Below, piece after piece: positions 11,495 through 24,860 of a stretch of DNA of 64,000 bases. A program made the position numbers and the translations under genes. The stretch spans positions 80,215,059 through 80,279,058 of the forward strand of contig NC_068988.1 of the NCBI RefSeq assembly GCF_001194135.2, in the 5' to 3' direction. The notes under the pieces are model-generated. The model was not told the DNA's origin, searched no databases, and saw only the letters and a program-made list of their open reading frames with translations. How positions within the stretch are numbered: position 1 is the first letter of the stretch; each line of letters opens with the position of its first letter. This stretch comes from Octopus bimaculoides (Eukaryota).

Positions 11495-12775
11495 TATTGG
11501 GTCATCCCATAAATAATGCAGTTTTTATACTTCCTTTATTTTTCAAAATTAAGATAAACAAAGTTCATTTTTAACCTAAAATATAGTTTCCTTCATTTTC
11601 TACAATGCTCTTCCATCTATCTGCTAGACTTGTAAGGCCTCTCTGACAAAATTCATTTGACCATGATGAAAAATATTCTTCCACTATTCTTCTGACCTCG
11701 TCTACAGAATTCATATTTTTTCAGTCCAAATAATTTTGAAGATTGCAGAATAAATAATAATCAGATGGGGCAATGTCTGGTGTATATGGTGGTTGGGGCA
11801 TCGTTTCCCATTCAAACTGCTCCAGCCTTTGGAATATCATCCTTGTTGTATGTGGTCAAGCATTATCCTGATGGTAGAACACCTTTCATCTTGAAACCAA
11901 AGATGGTCATTTTTCTTCTAGCGCTGACTTAAGCCACTCAAGCTGCTCACAGAGATCTCGTTTGTTATCGTTTTGTTTGGGTTAAAAAGTTCAAAGTGAA
12001 CTAAACCTTTCATATCCCACCAAACAGATAACAACACCTTACATGGGTGAAGACCTTCTTTAGCCTGGGGTGCCAGTGTTTCTCCTTTCCCTACTCACTG
12101 TCTTTGGTGCTTGATATTTTTATAGAGAACCCATTTGTAACTAGTCACTATTTGATCTGAAAAAGTTTCATTTGTGAGACGTGACAGCAAAGAAGAGCAC
12201 ACATTCACTCTCTGTGTGCAAACTCAGAAAGTTTGTAAGAAATCCACTGACCCAATTTGCTCACTTTTCCAATGGCACATAGGTGTCAATGAATGGGTGA
12301 ACAAACAAATCCAAGCTTCCCTGCTAGTTCTTCAACAGTTACAATGGGATTTTGTTCCACCATGGTTTGTAGGATATCCTCATCAAGCTCTACAGATCTT
12401 CCAGGACAAGGCTCGTCTTCTAGGCTGTAGTTTCCGGCTCGGAATTTCTGGAACCACTGTTGACACTGGCTTACGCTTGTTGTCCAATCCCCATATACTG
12501 CATTAATATTCTTTGCACTTTCCATTGCATTGTTGCATTATTGAACTCATAAAACAAAATATGCTGAATATGCTCCTTTGTCACTTCCATTATAGCTTTG
12601 AAAATATAACTGTTAAAATTGAACTGCACTCTTCAAAACTTACACTAAGAATAAGGACAAAGTAAAATTACTACTTGCTTTTATAGCAAGTTAATGCAGG
12701 TAGTTTATCCTGTCCCCTTCTGACTTTTAGTTCATGCAAGTGTAAAAACTGCATAGTTTATGGGATGGCCCAAAA
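11495..12775 (-). mobile_element. Degenerate mariner transposon
   Basis: About 30-bp TIRs (ttgggtcatcccataaataatgcagtttt / aaaactgcatagtttatgggatggcccaa). Transposase pieces WFQKFRAGNYSLEDEPCPGRSVELDEDIL and C-terminal WKSIVENEGNY. Confidence 0.88.
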
Positions 12776-13234
12776 AGTTTCCTGTTTGCTTAATGCTCAG
12801 ATACCAGAAACCTGTAGCCTGTCAGGAAAAATGATTAATTAGATCTTAAATAGATATAAGGCAATCATATATATAAATATACAGATAAATTTGAAATAGG
12901 ATGTTGTGATATTTCTCTGGCACATTACAATTATAAAGTGATACTGTTTCTGCAGAAACTCAAAAAAGGAATAACTGCTTGATTCACATACAACTCAGAT
13001 CTGAACCATGATATGAAATACATGTTTCTGTATCCAGGATATATAAAGTAATACACAAACTGACAAATATCCAATATATACCTAAATAGTGCCTTATCCC
13101 AGCTCTATGACATTTTTTAGCAGATATAACTTATTTATCAACACCAAATTATTAGCTCTTAATAGACACCAAAGTATCATTTTGCTTATTGTCATCAAAA
13201 TATACTTAATTAATATAACCAAACTATTAGACTA

Positions 13235-13935
13235 TTTATCTAAATTGCTGCATTAGTGTATTTAGTAGACCACTGTATAAGTATGTTTAATTAGATCATT
13301 GTATTAGTGCATTTAATTAGACCACTGTAGTTGTGTATTTAATTGGTGTTTTATTTGTGTTTTAATTTGTACCACTGTGTTAGTATATTTAATTAGACCA
13401 CTGTATTAATATTTTAATTGGATCACTGTACTAATATTTTAATTGGCCCACTGAATTAATATTTTAATTGGACCGCTGTATTAATATATTCATCCAGACT
13501 AAAGGTAAAGTGCTAACAGAATCGTTAGTGCAAGGGAAAATGTTTAGCAGCATTTTGTCCGTCTTCACATTTTGAGTTCAAACGCCATCAAGGCTGACAT
13601 TACCTTTCATCTCTTTGAGGTCAATAAAATAAGTACCAGTTGAGCACTAGGGCCGATTTGATTGACCTGGTCCTGCCTCTGAAATTGATGGCCTTGTGCC
13701 AAAATTTGAAACCAATATATATATTCACACTACTCTATTAGTATATTTAATTAGACCTCTGAATTAATATGTTTAATTAGGGGCACTGTATTAGTATATT
13801 TAATTAGACTATTGTATTACTATATTTAATTAGGCCACGATTTTAATTAACCCATTGTATTAATATGTTTATCTAGACCACTGTATTTGTATTTCTAATT
13901 AGACAACTGTATTAATATATCTATCTAGACCACTG
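13235..13935. repeat. Degenerate minisatellite (ttaattagaccactgtatta.ta core) interrupted by a family A SINE at about 13500-13715
   Basis: More than 12 recognisable core copies on both sides of the SINE. Confidence 0.75.
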
Positions 13936-14182
13936 GTTTGTTTATTTATCTAACCAAAAGCAATGATAGTCTCATGCAAAAGGGATTCAGTCAGACATAT
14001 ATATCTGTATGATGCTTCATACTCAGCAATTATTGTGGATAGATTGTAATCACTGTTAATTAGAAATAACTGATAATGTATAGAGTGATGTGTTTCGTTT
14101 CTCTATTCATGATATTATTATGGTGCTACAGCATGGCCACAGCCTTTGGGCTGAAATGTATAAAAGAATAAAAGAATAATAC

Positions 14183-14317
14183 CTTAACAGAATCATCCTT
14201 GGTTTCTGACTGCATGGGAAGCACTGGGGAACTACGGCCTTTGTCATCAGTGATTTGTGGATATGGAGTGATTCGTACCTGCCGTACTTTATAGCATGTT
14301 ACAAATGGAAGGTCAAA
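14183..14317 (-). CDS. CERKL: CERKL-like exon
   Basis: tttttctAG acceptor and AAG|GTATTA donor. Encodes FDLPFVTCYKVRQVRITPYPQITDDKGRSSPVLPMQSETKDDSVK (FDF.FVE.Y.V-like motif). 135 bp, phase 0/0. Confidence 0.9.
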
Positions 14318-16070
14318 CTAGAAAAAGAAACAAAATTAAAAATAAATATTAAATTAATAATTAATGTATATTGTTTTTGTTGAGGAATTCCAGAAGGAGC
14401 TTTGTGAGACCACTACTGAGACACTTCCGAAAAAGAAAAGTCGTTGGAAAACAGATTTTAGCAGCGACTCCATCTGAGAATATCTGAAGAAGGAATTGTA
14501 TTCTGAAATATCTTCGGACTATAAATAACTAAATTACAACAAGTATATAGTCCATTTTTTGTATTATAGTGCATTGTTGTACCATTCAAAACTTTTCATT
14601 GGTTGATAATAAATATAATAATAATATGTAATAATGAAAATATTGTAGACAGTGCTCAGATGTACTACAACTGATCAGAAAAAGTAACCAAAAGTGCATG
14701 AACAATAAATAGAATATGCACAGGAAGTGAGCAGTGAATGAGTCGTTTAAAAAAAATGTTTCCGAAAGCCATGGATGCTGTGATGTTTTTTGATTTTGTA
14801 AGCATGGACATGAGTGTTAGACATATAGTTTTCAAAAAGGTGCCTGAGAATGTTGTTGGAAAAATGGTGGCTAATCTATTAAGTCAAAACTATTTATTTT
14901 GCAGTTGTTTATCTTCTACATGACTGCCCTTGCTGAGGTATGTAGGACTGTACGCATCAATAACAAAAGGCATTATGTCCTTATTTATGATGGTATGGTG
15001 TGATTTGAGGAAGATTTGTCTACTTTTTCTAACTGGTCAAGCAACCATGATGAGACTTCCTTGTTGGCTCATCAAGAAACATACTTTATGAGTTGTGTGA
15101 TGTGAATTGTGGTGTAATGTTTCCATCTCCTTTTTGTAAGAAGTTTCTAGTTTAATTAACAATATTTCAACATTGTCTTACAACAACCCTAAACTTTGTG
15201 ACATGATGGATTAATTCTAATAACTGATTACTGATTTAGTGGTGAATAAAATACCAGAGCCTGTTGTGGATAGATAACATGTGTGAGAATTTCACACAAT
15301 ATGAGAATTTCAGTAAAATACCACATGTTAACAAATGAATCCTAAATGTTCATCATGTCTTCATATATGAATTGATAAAGCAAAACTAAATAAGATCCTC
15401 ATTAAATGTTTACACATCTATTTTTATAATAATTAATCTATCATACAGCAAATAGTAATAATTTGAAACTAAACCTGTCACAAACTAAAGTGGTGTTCTT
15501 ATGTGAATTACTTGACCTGCTAGAAATAGCAACCAAATCTCCCTCAAATCACATCCTATTTCAAATAATAGAAAACATTGAGTAATGTAGTCCTGATTAC
15601 AATGCATCAAGAAAAAAAAAACAGAATGATAATAAGTGATTGTGGCCTAATATGAAGCAACAATAACATCTAGACATATCTAACAAAGGAAATCATCATC
15701 TAATTATATTTTATAATAATAAATTAACTTATAGTAATTAGACTAAAATATAATTTTAAAATAATTAAACTAAAATGTAACTCATACATTCTAGAGTAAC
15801 CAATCACCACTAGTTATTAATGTGAAACAGTTGAAAACAGGGGAATATCAGGTGAAAGCATTTGAATACCACATAGACGGATAAGCTCTAGTTTACTTTT
15901 TATTATTTCAGTCAACTAAATATATTAAATGTCATCTGTGTCTTTCTGTAGCACAGCTGAGGGAGGACATTTATAAAGAAAGTGTGAATATTATGATCAA
16001 GAAATATTTTTTAGTACTTGATCAACATCAGATGATCTCTCTCTCTCTCTCTCTCTCTCGCATACACGCA

Positions 16071-16149
<79 letters not shown>

Positions 16150-16308
16150 ACATACAAGATTTAGATTTACAAAAGGGAAGAAATTAGAAGCAAGAAGGCT
16201 TTCCTAGAGTTACTTAATCATATTTTATTTTCTCACAACTGTGAGTTCAAGTGACACTCACTGAAAAAGGGATTGCAAAAGCTTAAAGAGACTGAACTGC
16301 ATATGCAC

Positions 16309-16523
16309 CTGGTCTTTTGATGTGGTATGACGTTTGAGGAAATGTAGAAATTCTGAGCGTTCTGTGTTATGCACCAATGATAAATGCATCGATCCATCTG
16401 CCAAATGAGTAAACTTACTGAGACCTTCCGGAGCAAAACTACACAAACCAGGAATTGTAAAGATTCCAACATTCATGAAATACTGAGGAGGGCCAACTTT
16501 CCATTCAGAACTCAAAGCAGAAT
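16309..16523 (-). CDS. CERKL: CERKL-like exon
   Basis: ttgtAG acceptor and CAG|GTGCAT donor. Encodes SALSSEWKVGPPQYFMNVGIFTIPGLCSFAPEGLSKFTHLADGSMHLSLVHNTERSEFLHFLKRHTTSKDQ. 215 bp, phase 1/0. Confidence 0.95.
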
Positions 16524-16707
16524 CTACAATTAGAAAACAGTTTTATAATAAAAAAAATAATCATTACAATTTCAATTAAGCTAAATAGGTTTTTGATAGA
16601 GAATAAAATGCAGGCATTGGCTTTTCCATGAGATAGTGCAGCTGAACACTGGCGCACATACGTGTGCACATGCACCCATCCACTCCAACACACACACACA
16701 CACACAA

Positions 16708-16748
<41 letters not shown>

Positions 16749-17097
16749 TGGCCGTTGCCAGTACCGCCTGACTGGCCTTCGTGCGGGTGACACGTAAAAG
16801 CACCCACTATATGCATGAGAATACATACATAAAGCAAAACGTATAAATCTACACACATACATACATACATACATACAAACATACATACATACATACATGC
16901 ATACCAAAATACCCTGTGGTTGATATTGAAATTCCAATGAAGAAGCCTTGAATCCAAACTAGAAACTGACTCTTTTTCTATTAGCTAGAAATCTTGAAAT
17001 AAAACTGAACAATGACATACATACATACATACATACATACATACATACATGCATACATACATATGTATGTAAATATATTAGTTTGCTTTGAACCTAC

Positions 17098-17168
17098 CTG
17101 CATATGTTTGCTGAGTTTCTTGTAAACCACTTTCATCTAATTTTTCAGGAACCCGACAAACTGTACAC
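17098..17168 (-). CDS. CERKL: CERKL-like exon (completes CxxxCxxC)
   Basis: ctttAG acceptor and G|GTAGGT donor. Encodes (G)CTVCRVPEKLDESGLQETQQTYA(D). 71 bp, phase 2/1. Confidence 0.85.
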
Positions 17169-17764
17169 CTAAAGGTAAATACAAGAGAGGGACTCAGTTT
17201 TTCACAATTTTATAAACAACCTCTTACATTTTTGCATAATCCCTACTTACATTCTACAACCCTGGTTGCTTTTTTAAGACTAAAATATTATCACAAACCT
17301 AATACAACTTCCATAGTAGAATTGAATTAGTTGAACTTATTATGTCTTTGTACAGTATAAGTAAAAGATTATAAATATACTAATCAAAAGAATCTGTTTG
17401 TTGTTAAACCACTAACAAAAGAACTTGGTTAAGTGTAAAAGTTGAGTCATTTTTTAAAAAATATTTGGTCATTTTAAAAGAAATTCAACTCATAATTAGG
17501 TCATAGTGTCCTTGACACAAGAAAATATGTTCATTAGAATTTTTGTCATTTTAGAGAAAGGAAACAAAAAGCAGCAACTATTTGTGGCGTCATAGAAATG
17601 GAGATATAATTTCAATTGATTAAGAATTAATCTCAAAATTATTTCACATACTCAGAGAATGTCTGGTCTTAGTTTTCAGTCAAGAGACAAATGGACAACT
17701 TTTTGACATGCTTCAACCTATTGCTGACCTCATCAGCAATATACATACATACATACATCATATA

Positions 17765-18951
17765 CAGCAAAAGGTTCCTGGACTAGTTCTGTAGCATGTC
17801 AACAGATGGCAGCACATAGTTGCATGCACAGTGAGGACTAGCAGTGACCTTCATGAGGCAGTGTGCTGAGTGGCATCACTGCTTTTACTTCGTAAGTTGC
17901 GAAATTTGTGTTTTGTGATCACATGTATGCTGTGCTCAGTGGTTTTGTTATGGACAGGAAGTTGAAACAAAGAGCCAACGCGAAATTATGTATTAAACTT
18001 GGGACGTCTACTACAGAGACATTGAGCATGCTTTGGCAAGCCTACAGTGATGAGGCCATATGCAATGTTTCGAATGGCATGGGCGCTTCAAAAGCAGTAG
18101 AGCATCCCTGGAAGTAAACACAGTGATGTCAGCCAGCACACTGCCTCATGAAGGTGTCTGCTAGTTCTCACTGTGCATGCAACTATGTGCTGTTATCCCT
18201 GGAAATGTGGAGAAAATTCATCAGCTTGTACATGAAAATCGTCGAAGGACAATCAACGACATTGCTGATGTTATTGGTTTGTCGTATGGGTCCGTGCAGG
18301 TAATCCTGATGTCGCATCGAACATGCGGCGTGTCTCTGCNNNNNNNNNNGAAGACGGCTCATTAGAGCCGAAGGTTAATCAAGAGCATGCTCATTGTTTT
18401 ATTTTTTTGTTTTTGTCTTTTTAACATCTGCGGTATTGTGCATCGAGAATTCGACTCCCAGGACCAGACCGTCAATCAAGAGTCCTACTGTGTCGTTTTG
18501 AAGCATTTGAGGGAGGACATTCGGTGGAAACGACCGTATTTGTGGAGCGCGAATAATTGAATGCTTCACGACGACAATGCACCCTGTCACCGAGCTCTCC
18601 TCCCTCGTGAGTTTTTTTGCCAAAAGCAACATGGTATCGCTTCCACACCAGCCCTATTCGCCAGATTTAGCACCCGAAGATTTCCATCTCTTCCCCAATA
18701 TGAAAATGCAGCTCAAAGGCTGCCGTTTTAAGACTGTTGTTGAGGTCTAAGAGAGCGAATCACAGAAGGTCCTCGACTCGCTTACGAAAAACATTTTCCA
18801 GGCCGGATTGCAAAAGTGGGAGGAACGCTGGGACCGGTGTATTGCTGCGCAAGGTAACTATTTCGAAGGAGATTATGTTAAATCTTCAGTAAATAAGTTA
18901 TATTTTTAGTGAACATATCTAGTCCGTCGGTCTTTTGGATACCACATCGTA
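17765..18951 (+). mobile_element. Degenerate mariner (D,D34D-type) transposon
   Basis: QRANAKLCIKLG..TETLSML, NVEKIHQLVHENRRRTI, HDDNAPCH, PYSPDLAPEDF and WDRCIAAQGNYFEGD. Right TIR ends catcgta at 18951. Confidence 0.92.
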
Positions 18952-19699
18952 AGTTACACCAAACTGTCTGATCAGAAGGCAAGCATGGTATTATATGAAA
19001 CAAATTGAATTGTCTCTCCTCCTTCTTTAAAAGATGCTTACAATTGATGTAGGTTTTTGTTTCATTTCTCCAACTAAATGGGAAAATTCAATTAACTTTT
19101 TAAAAAAAGGAAATTGCGTGCGATATCCTGTACATCATATATATATATAAAAACAGTCTACAAACAAATGGACGAATTTTGTTTATATTTTATAAACTGT
19201 ACTATTCCTCTATTCATAGTACAAAATAAAATATTTACAAAGATTTAGGACGGTAACAGTATGTTTAGTAAAATAGAATTAATGTTAGAAAATGTTCGTG
19301 GAATAATGGAACCATCTTACTAGATTTCATCGTCATGCTATCAGTTAGCGGTTAAAGGGAAACAACTCATAAAAAATACTCAGTTATTTCCCATACATTT
19401 TAGTAACAAATTCTGTTATTCAGTATGTAGTTATTAACTTCATAGAATTTTTTTTTTTACAGTACGTAAAAGACGAAGCGGGAAAGTAACTAATTTCGTC
19501 GAATCGACACCATACCACCCTACTTCCAGCAAATATGGTGGATTGGAAAAAGCTGTAAATAGAGGTGTAGGAAAACCACAAATACTGGTTTAGTAAAATG
19601 AAAGGAGGAAAATAGTGGAAAATATTTATGTTTACTTGATCAGAGAAGATCGACATTTAATCAGTCCAGTATATCGTAAGTTCTTGACTTTGAAGTAAA

Positions 19700-21280
19700 G
19701 AAGTCTTATTACTCTAGTTCTTCCTCGAATGTTTGGTCAATGTCAGACTTTTTATCCAGAGTCCCGCGACCAGGCTGCTTTGACCAAACGGTTTGGGGAG
19801 TCCATAAGTGCTCGTCTCTATCTCTTTCCTGTTTTCTTTCGTCCATCTACGCTTGCTCCCCTTTAGTAGGCAACATTCTTTCCTTTCTAGCTGGAAGATG
19901 GATGAAGCTCTGTTACAGTGGAGAGACCTGGGTTTGTCAGTTCCTAATACAGATCAATATGATCAATTTGCAAGGAGTCGCCGACTAATGCAAAATTCTC
20001 GGTGTCTAGATTGATGCCCTGCTTGTGGCTAACACTCGTAGTCTATTCAGTCTAGATGAGCTCCGCATCTCCATCGCACATGGGAACTGACGTATGTAGG
20101 GGACTGAAATGTCACTATGGTAGACCTGTAGTGGATCTTGCATGCATAAAGTGGATTCGATCCACCATAGCCAAATTTAAATTAACACTGCAACAGAACT
20201 TTTCCCACGGTGGAACAATGGTTTTTCTCTGACAGCAGTCTTACATCTTCCAGATGCCTTTAGCTAGGCCGAAATAATGTCTTCATCACTTGACCCTTTC
20301 TAACCTCTTCTACTTCACCAAAAGCTAGAATAGAGATAACAAGACCACCAACTAGATCTATTGTTCTCAATGATATGTCTATCCTTCTAGATAGTTATAA
20401 AAGCAAGAAAACCCTAAACAAAAACCAATTAGTCACCAGTCGGTGACGACTCAACGTGTTGTCACACTTTGACAACGAAGTCTGCTGACCAGCTAGAGCT
20501 TGGTCAGAGGGAGAAATGAAGTTTACTGTCAGCAACTGTGAGACAACGTCCCATACCCTACAACTCTCACTAGCTCTAATTCTATTCTCTTACCACATCA
20601 TTCTATCTCTCTCTGTAATTACTACTAAACAATGGAGAGGACACAAACACAAACTTTCTTTCGCATGCTTTTGGACTTATCATAACCTGCCTGTCGAGGC
20701 AAGGTATTGTAAAGTAACGGTAAATAAATACTTCCTTAAAACTCCTGCAACAGGTCGTCATAACAACAAATTTTTATCATCCCAACTACTGACTCCGACA
20801 TATATTATTGTGTACCTAATCAATCTTACCCGTTACAATCGGTAACTACACAAACATATTATTGTTACAGACACCTCGACTCATCAGGCCTTCCACGGTT
20901 TGTCTTGCCGTATAAATGCTGATCGTTTCTCTCGTTACACCGAGCTAAACTTGATCATTAAGCAGTCCCTAACTCGTGTTAATATCCTTGCAGTTCTGGA
21001 GCCGGTGGAATTATCCAGAAATGATGGGAAGAGACCAGATGGTCTTACACTTTGTCCCTGGGTATGAGGTAGTTGCCTCATCTCGGACGCAGCAGTCTTT
21101 GACTCTTTTGCTCTCTCCCACATCCTGGATGCTGCGGTAAATGGGAGGGTCACTGCTTCCGTAGCCGAACGGAACAAAATCGTTAAGTATCGAGACCTCA
21201 CATTGACGTTTGAGACGTTTGGAGGGAGTGGGCCACTAACGGTGAAGTTCTTGTCATCGTTGAAGGCACGCCTTATCTAA
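19700..21280 (+). mobile_element. CRE-clade non-LTR retrotransposon 3' remnant (zinc knuckle plus restriction-like endonuclease), interrupted by an insertion
   Basis: LRISIA..MGTDVCRGLKCHYG, then after the insertion HGLSC..RFSRYTELNLIIKQSL..EPVELSRNDGKRPDGLTLCPW..D..AERNKIVKY..ETFGGSG. Confidence 0.8.
20127..20869 (+). mobile_element. Probable solo LTR
   Basis: 743-bp insert with TGTAG...TTACA termini and near-TSD GACC/GACA. TATAAAA at about 20396 and AATAAA at 20723-20728. It splits the CRE zinc knuckle. Confidence 0.55.
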
Positions 21281-21299
21281 GTTTCCTGCCTTTTAGCTC

Positions 21300-21720
21300 A
21301 GCTTGAGGAATCTGTCTTGCACTTCTTTCCGTTGACATTCTAATTACATGTCCATAGTACTGTAGTTGTGACCTCTCAATGTGGTGAAGTAGTGGCTCAA
21401 CTTGAAGAGATTCCTTGTCTTCAAGCAACACACGCTGGTGAGTAACATTACTACAGAGATCCTTTGGAGGAAATCAATGTTGGTTGATTGTATTTGCAAC
21501 TGTACTCTTCTAATCATTACCCAACATTTATGACCATAGATGAGGATCAAATGCAGGAGCTGGCACAATACTGTACCAGCACCTGCAATTCTAGCTTCGA
21601 GTTCAGTATTCTACTTCTCACCACCTATGAATACATCCCAAGGGAGTCATTGATAGATGTTGATATCGTCTCGGATCTTTTGAATTCTATGTTGGAGTGT
21701 GAATGGCTGGAGCTTTAAAA
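21300..21720 (-). mobile_element. Old RTE-clade LINE fragment
   Basis: TELEARIAGAG and ILIYGHKCWVM...IQSTNIDFLQRI resemble RTE post-RT motifs. Confidence 0.7.
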
Positions 21721-22028
21721 GTCATTAAAACTGCTACATTGTTTAATATTTTGCATTGCACAGTCTCTAGAATCATGTTAGCATTCCAAAACCAAGGTAA
21801 AACTGGGTCTTGAAATGATTTGATTGTTGTAATGTATTCTGGCTATGATATGATATTTTGGAAAATATAATGTAAAGTAATTTAACTGTGACAATTTGTT
21901 TCTAAATATATATTAATGTATTTTGAAATGATTTGTTTGTAGTAATGCTTTTTTCGTATCAATTAACTGCAATATAAAAGAAATAGGGTATTTTCTTTTT
22001 ATCATTATTTTTCCATATCCCCCAAGTT

Positions 22029-22136
<108 letters not shown>

Positions 22137-22138
22137 TA

Positions 22139-22353
22139 TACGGCAAGAAGAAAGTGGAGGGGATCCAGAGATAGTATGCATCAACTGTTCTTTTTCTATT
22201 CTAGAAATTACTGGTACTTATGTATGTAAAACACAATATTTGCATATGTATATATATTCTTATAATTGTTTAAAATAAATAAATAGACATAATATAATGT
22301 CTAACAGTTGATGCATACTACCTCTGGATCCCCTCCATTTACTTCTTGCCGTA
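22139..22353. mobile_element. MITE with 51-bp TIRs and TA flanks
   Basis: tacggcaagaag...gcatcaactgtt (22139-22189) is inverted at 22303-22353. Confidence 0.85.
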
Positions 22354-22537
22354 TAAATTAAGGGCAAACCACTTTTTACCCTCGCCCATTTATTACACTC
22401 AATAGTGTAATTGCCACGCAATAACCAACACTTGTGTATTAATAATTGGGTATTCTATCAGCAGTATAATGGATAGATGCTATCCCTTAGTTCGTTGGAT
22501 TCACCACCTCTAACTCTCTTTGAAGTATATATATATA

Positions 22538-23530
22538 TAAATATTAAAATGGAACAAAAACGGAATAGAGTAGAATAAAACATTCGGCCAGGTAGACGAT
22601 ACAAGGCAGGCAAGAGAAACAATAATTAGAAGGACAGGCAAAAAACCAAAAAAAAAAAACGGGTCACTCGTGGCCTTCTTTCCTCAGTCAAGTCCCAGAA
22701 GTCACGACCGTTTTGGGCAGTTACACTTGAGACAGTTCGATTTGGTTGCCCCCCAAAAAGTCTAAGCTAAGAGCATTAGACCCTTTTGTAAGAAAGTTAG
22801 CGAATGCGTATGGCAACAAAGACAGAAAACAGAGAACATGGTACACAAAAAGACGAAAAATGGAGAACATGGTACACAATTACGAATACAAACAACAACA
22901 AAATAACAACAGGTGTCTTTCGACTGAGAACGAATCAAATTTAGCTGTCGTGTATGAAGTGAAAATCTAAAGGCAAGAAGATAGGAGATGAAAACAAGAG
23001 GTGTTGACGGTCAGAAGTTAGGCCAAGAAAGATCATGACTGGCTGGACACCGGTCATGTAGAAGGAGGAGAGATGAATAGGGGACAGCTGGATTAAAGGA
23101 TTAGAAAAAATCAGAGACAAAGAGAAAGGTACAGGGGAGATAAACGAGTGGGAAATAGTGGGAGCTAAAGAAAGAGAGGGCCAAGAAATGTGAGAGAGAG
23201 GGGGAACGAGAAAAAGAAAACGGGAAGAAAGTAAATGGGGAGAATAAAAGACAGAGTAAGAGTCGTACAAAATATAGATACATACCTTACTATAAAGTGA
23301 GCATAAGTGTGTACGTACGTCGCTATATGTATAAATAAATATTAAAATGGAACAAAAACGCAATAGAGTACAATAAAACATTCGGACAGATAAACGACAC
23401 AAAGGCAGACAAGAGAAACAACAATTAGAAGGACAGGCAAAGAAAAAGACGGGTCATTCGTGGCCTTCTTTCCTCAGTCAAGTCCCAGAAGTCACGACCG
23501 TTTCGGGCAGTTACACTTGAGACAGTTCGA
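22538..23530. repeat. Pair of about 200-bp direct repeats (22538-22740 and 23336-23530) around a purine-rich spacer
   Basis: Shared ttagaaggacaggcaaa...cgggtca.tcgtggccttctttcctcagtcaagtcccagaagtcacgaccgtt..gggcagttacacttgagacagttcga. Family not established. Confidence 0.85.
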
Positions 23531-23541
23531 GCTGATATATT

Positions 23542-23600
<59 letters not shown>

Positions 23601-24064
23601 CAAATAATAAATGAGTGTATGCATATATATGTACAGGTATGTGCATACCTACGTCTACCTGTATATATAGGTGCATATCTGGGTACAGGACATTGCAAAC
23701 AAAACGTAGACAAAAAATAATAATAACCAGAGTACAGAACACACAGAGGCCACATAGTGAACATTTTCCTTCATCAGCTACCCTCATTCTAACACAGGCG
23801 TTTCGAAGAGTAGGGCAGGACGCATCGTTAAAATGGCTCTTCCCATGGATCACAATTTAAATTTGTACACACAAATTAAACTTGTACCATGGAGGAACGA
23901 AGTGAAAGCGGGACGAAGTAGTTCGCGTGTTTGCTTTGCGATAGCCAAGGAAGAAAAGAATTAGTACGTGGACACATGTGACTACGAGGGGGTAAGGAAG
24001 AGAGAGTGGTAGAGGGAGAAACAAGGGGAGGAAATAGAAAATAGCTAGCATGATCTGCTGGATA

Positions 24065-24860
24065 GGTAATGCCAGTGTGCGCACACGACAGAGTGTAAGC
24101 GCCCTGAGAGAAATGTTAGACTTAAGAAGCATCGGATGTGGCGTGCAAGAGAGACGTTTGTGTTGGTATCGTCATGTATTGTGAATGGACGAAGAGAGCT
24201 GTGTGAAGAAGTGCCATTCCCAAACAGTGGAAGGAATCCAGGGTAGAGGGAGACCCAGAAAGACATGATAAGGTAGTGAAGCATGACCTTCGAACATTGG
24301 GCCTCACAGAGGCAATGACAAAAGACTGAGACCTCTGGAGGTATGCTGTGACTGAGAAGGCCCAGCAAATAAAGTGAGTCCACAGCTGTAACCTACACCA
24401 GTGTCGCATAACCAGCCCACCTAAGAAAATCCTTAGATCATAGGGCAACATGCCGTGCTTGAGGAGACCTATTGAGTCAAGTACATCAACAGCAATATCA
24501 AAATCAAATCAAATGGATATTGTAGTTGTGACCCCCACGCCGGTAGCACATAAAAAGCACCATCTGAATGTGGCCGATGCCAATGCTGCTTTGACTGGCT
24601 TCCATGCCAGTGGCACGTAAAAAGCACCATCCCATCGTGGTCGATGCCAGCTCCTTTGGCCCCTGTGCTGATGGCACATAAAAAAGCACCCACTACACTC
24701 TCAGAGTGGTTGGCGTTAGGAAAGGCATCGAACTGTAGAAACACTGCCAGATCAGATTGGGGCCCGGTGCAGCTTCCTGGTTTCCCAGACCCCAGTCAAA
24801 CCGTCCAACCCATGTCAGCATGGAAAACGGACGTTAAACGATGATGATGATGATGATGAC
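24065..24860 (+). mobile_element. 5'-truncated RTE LINE (ORF2 C-terminus, 3' UTR, (GAT)n tail)
   Basis: Homologous to 46530-47517 (QERRLCWY.HV..MDE.SCVKKC). Confidence 0.88.

Noticed and set aside
14340-14930. Short open stretches next to exon 14183-14317 (including ORF 14738-14923)
   Set aside because: No recognisable motif or splice context. Possibly a very old LINE remnant, but not supportable.
23765-23845. Minus-strand GAAAC...CTGATGAAG as a type II hammerhead
   Set aside because: Stem I does not pair and stem II is marginal, so no complete fold can be drawn.
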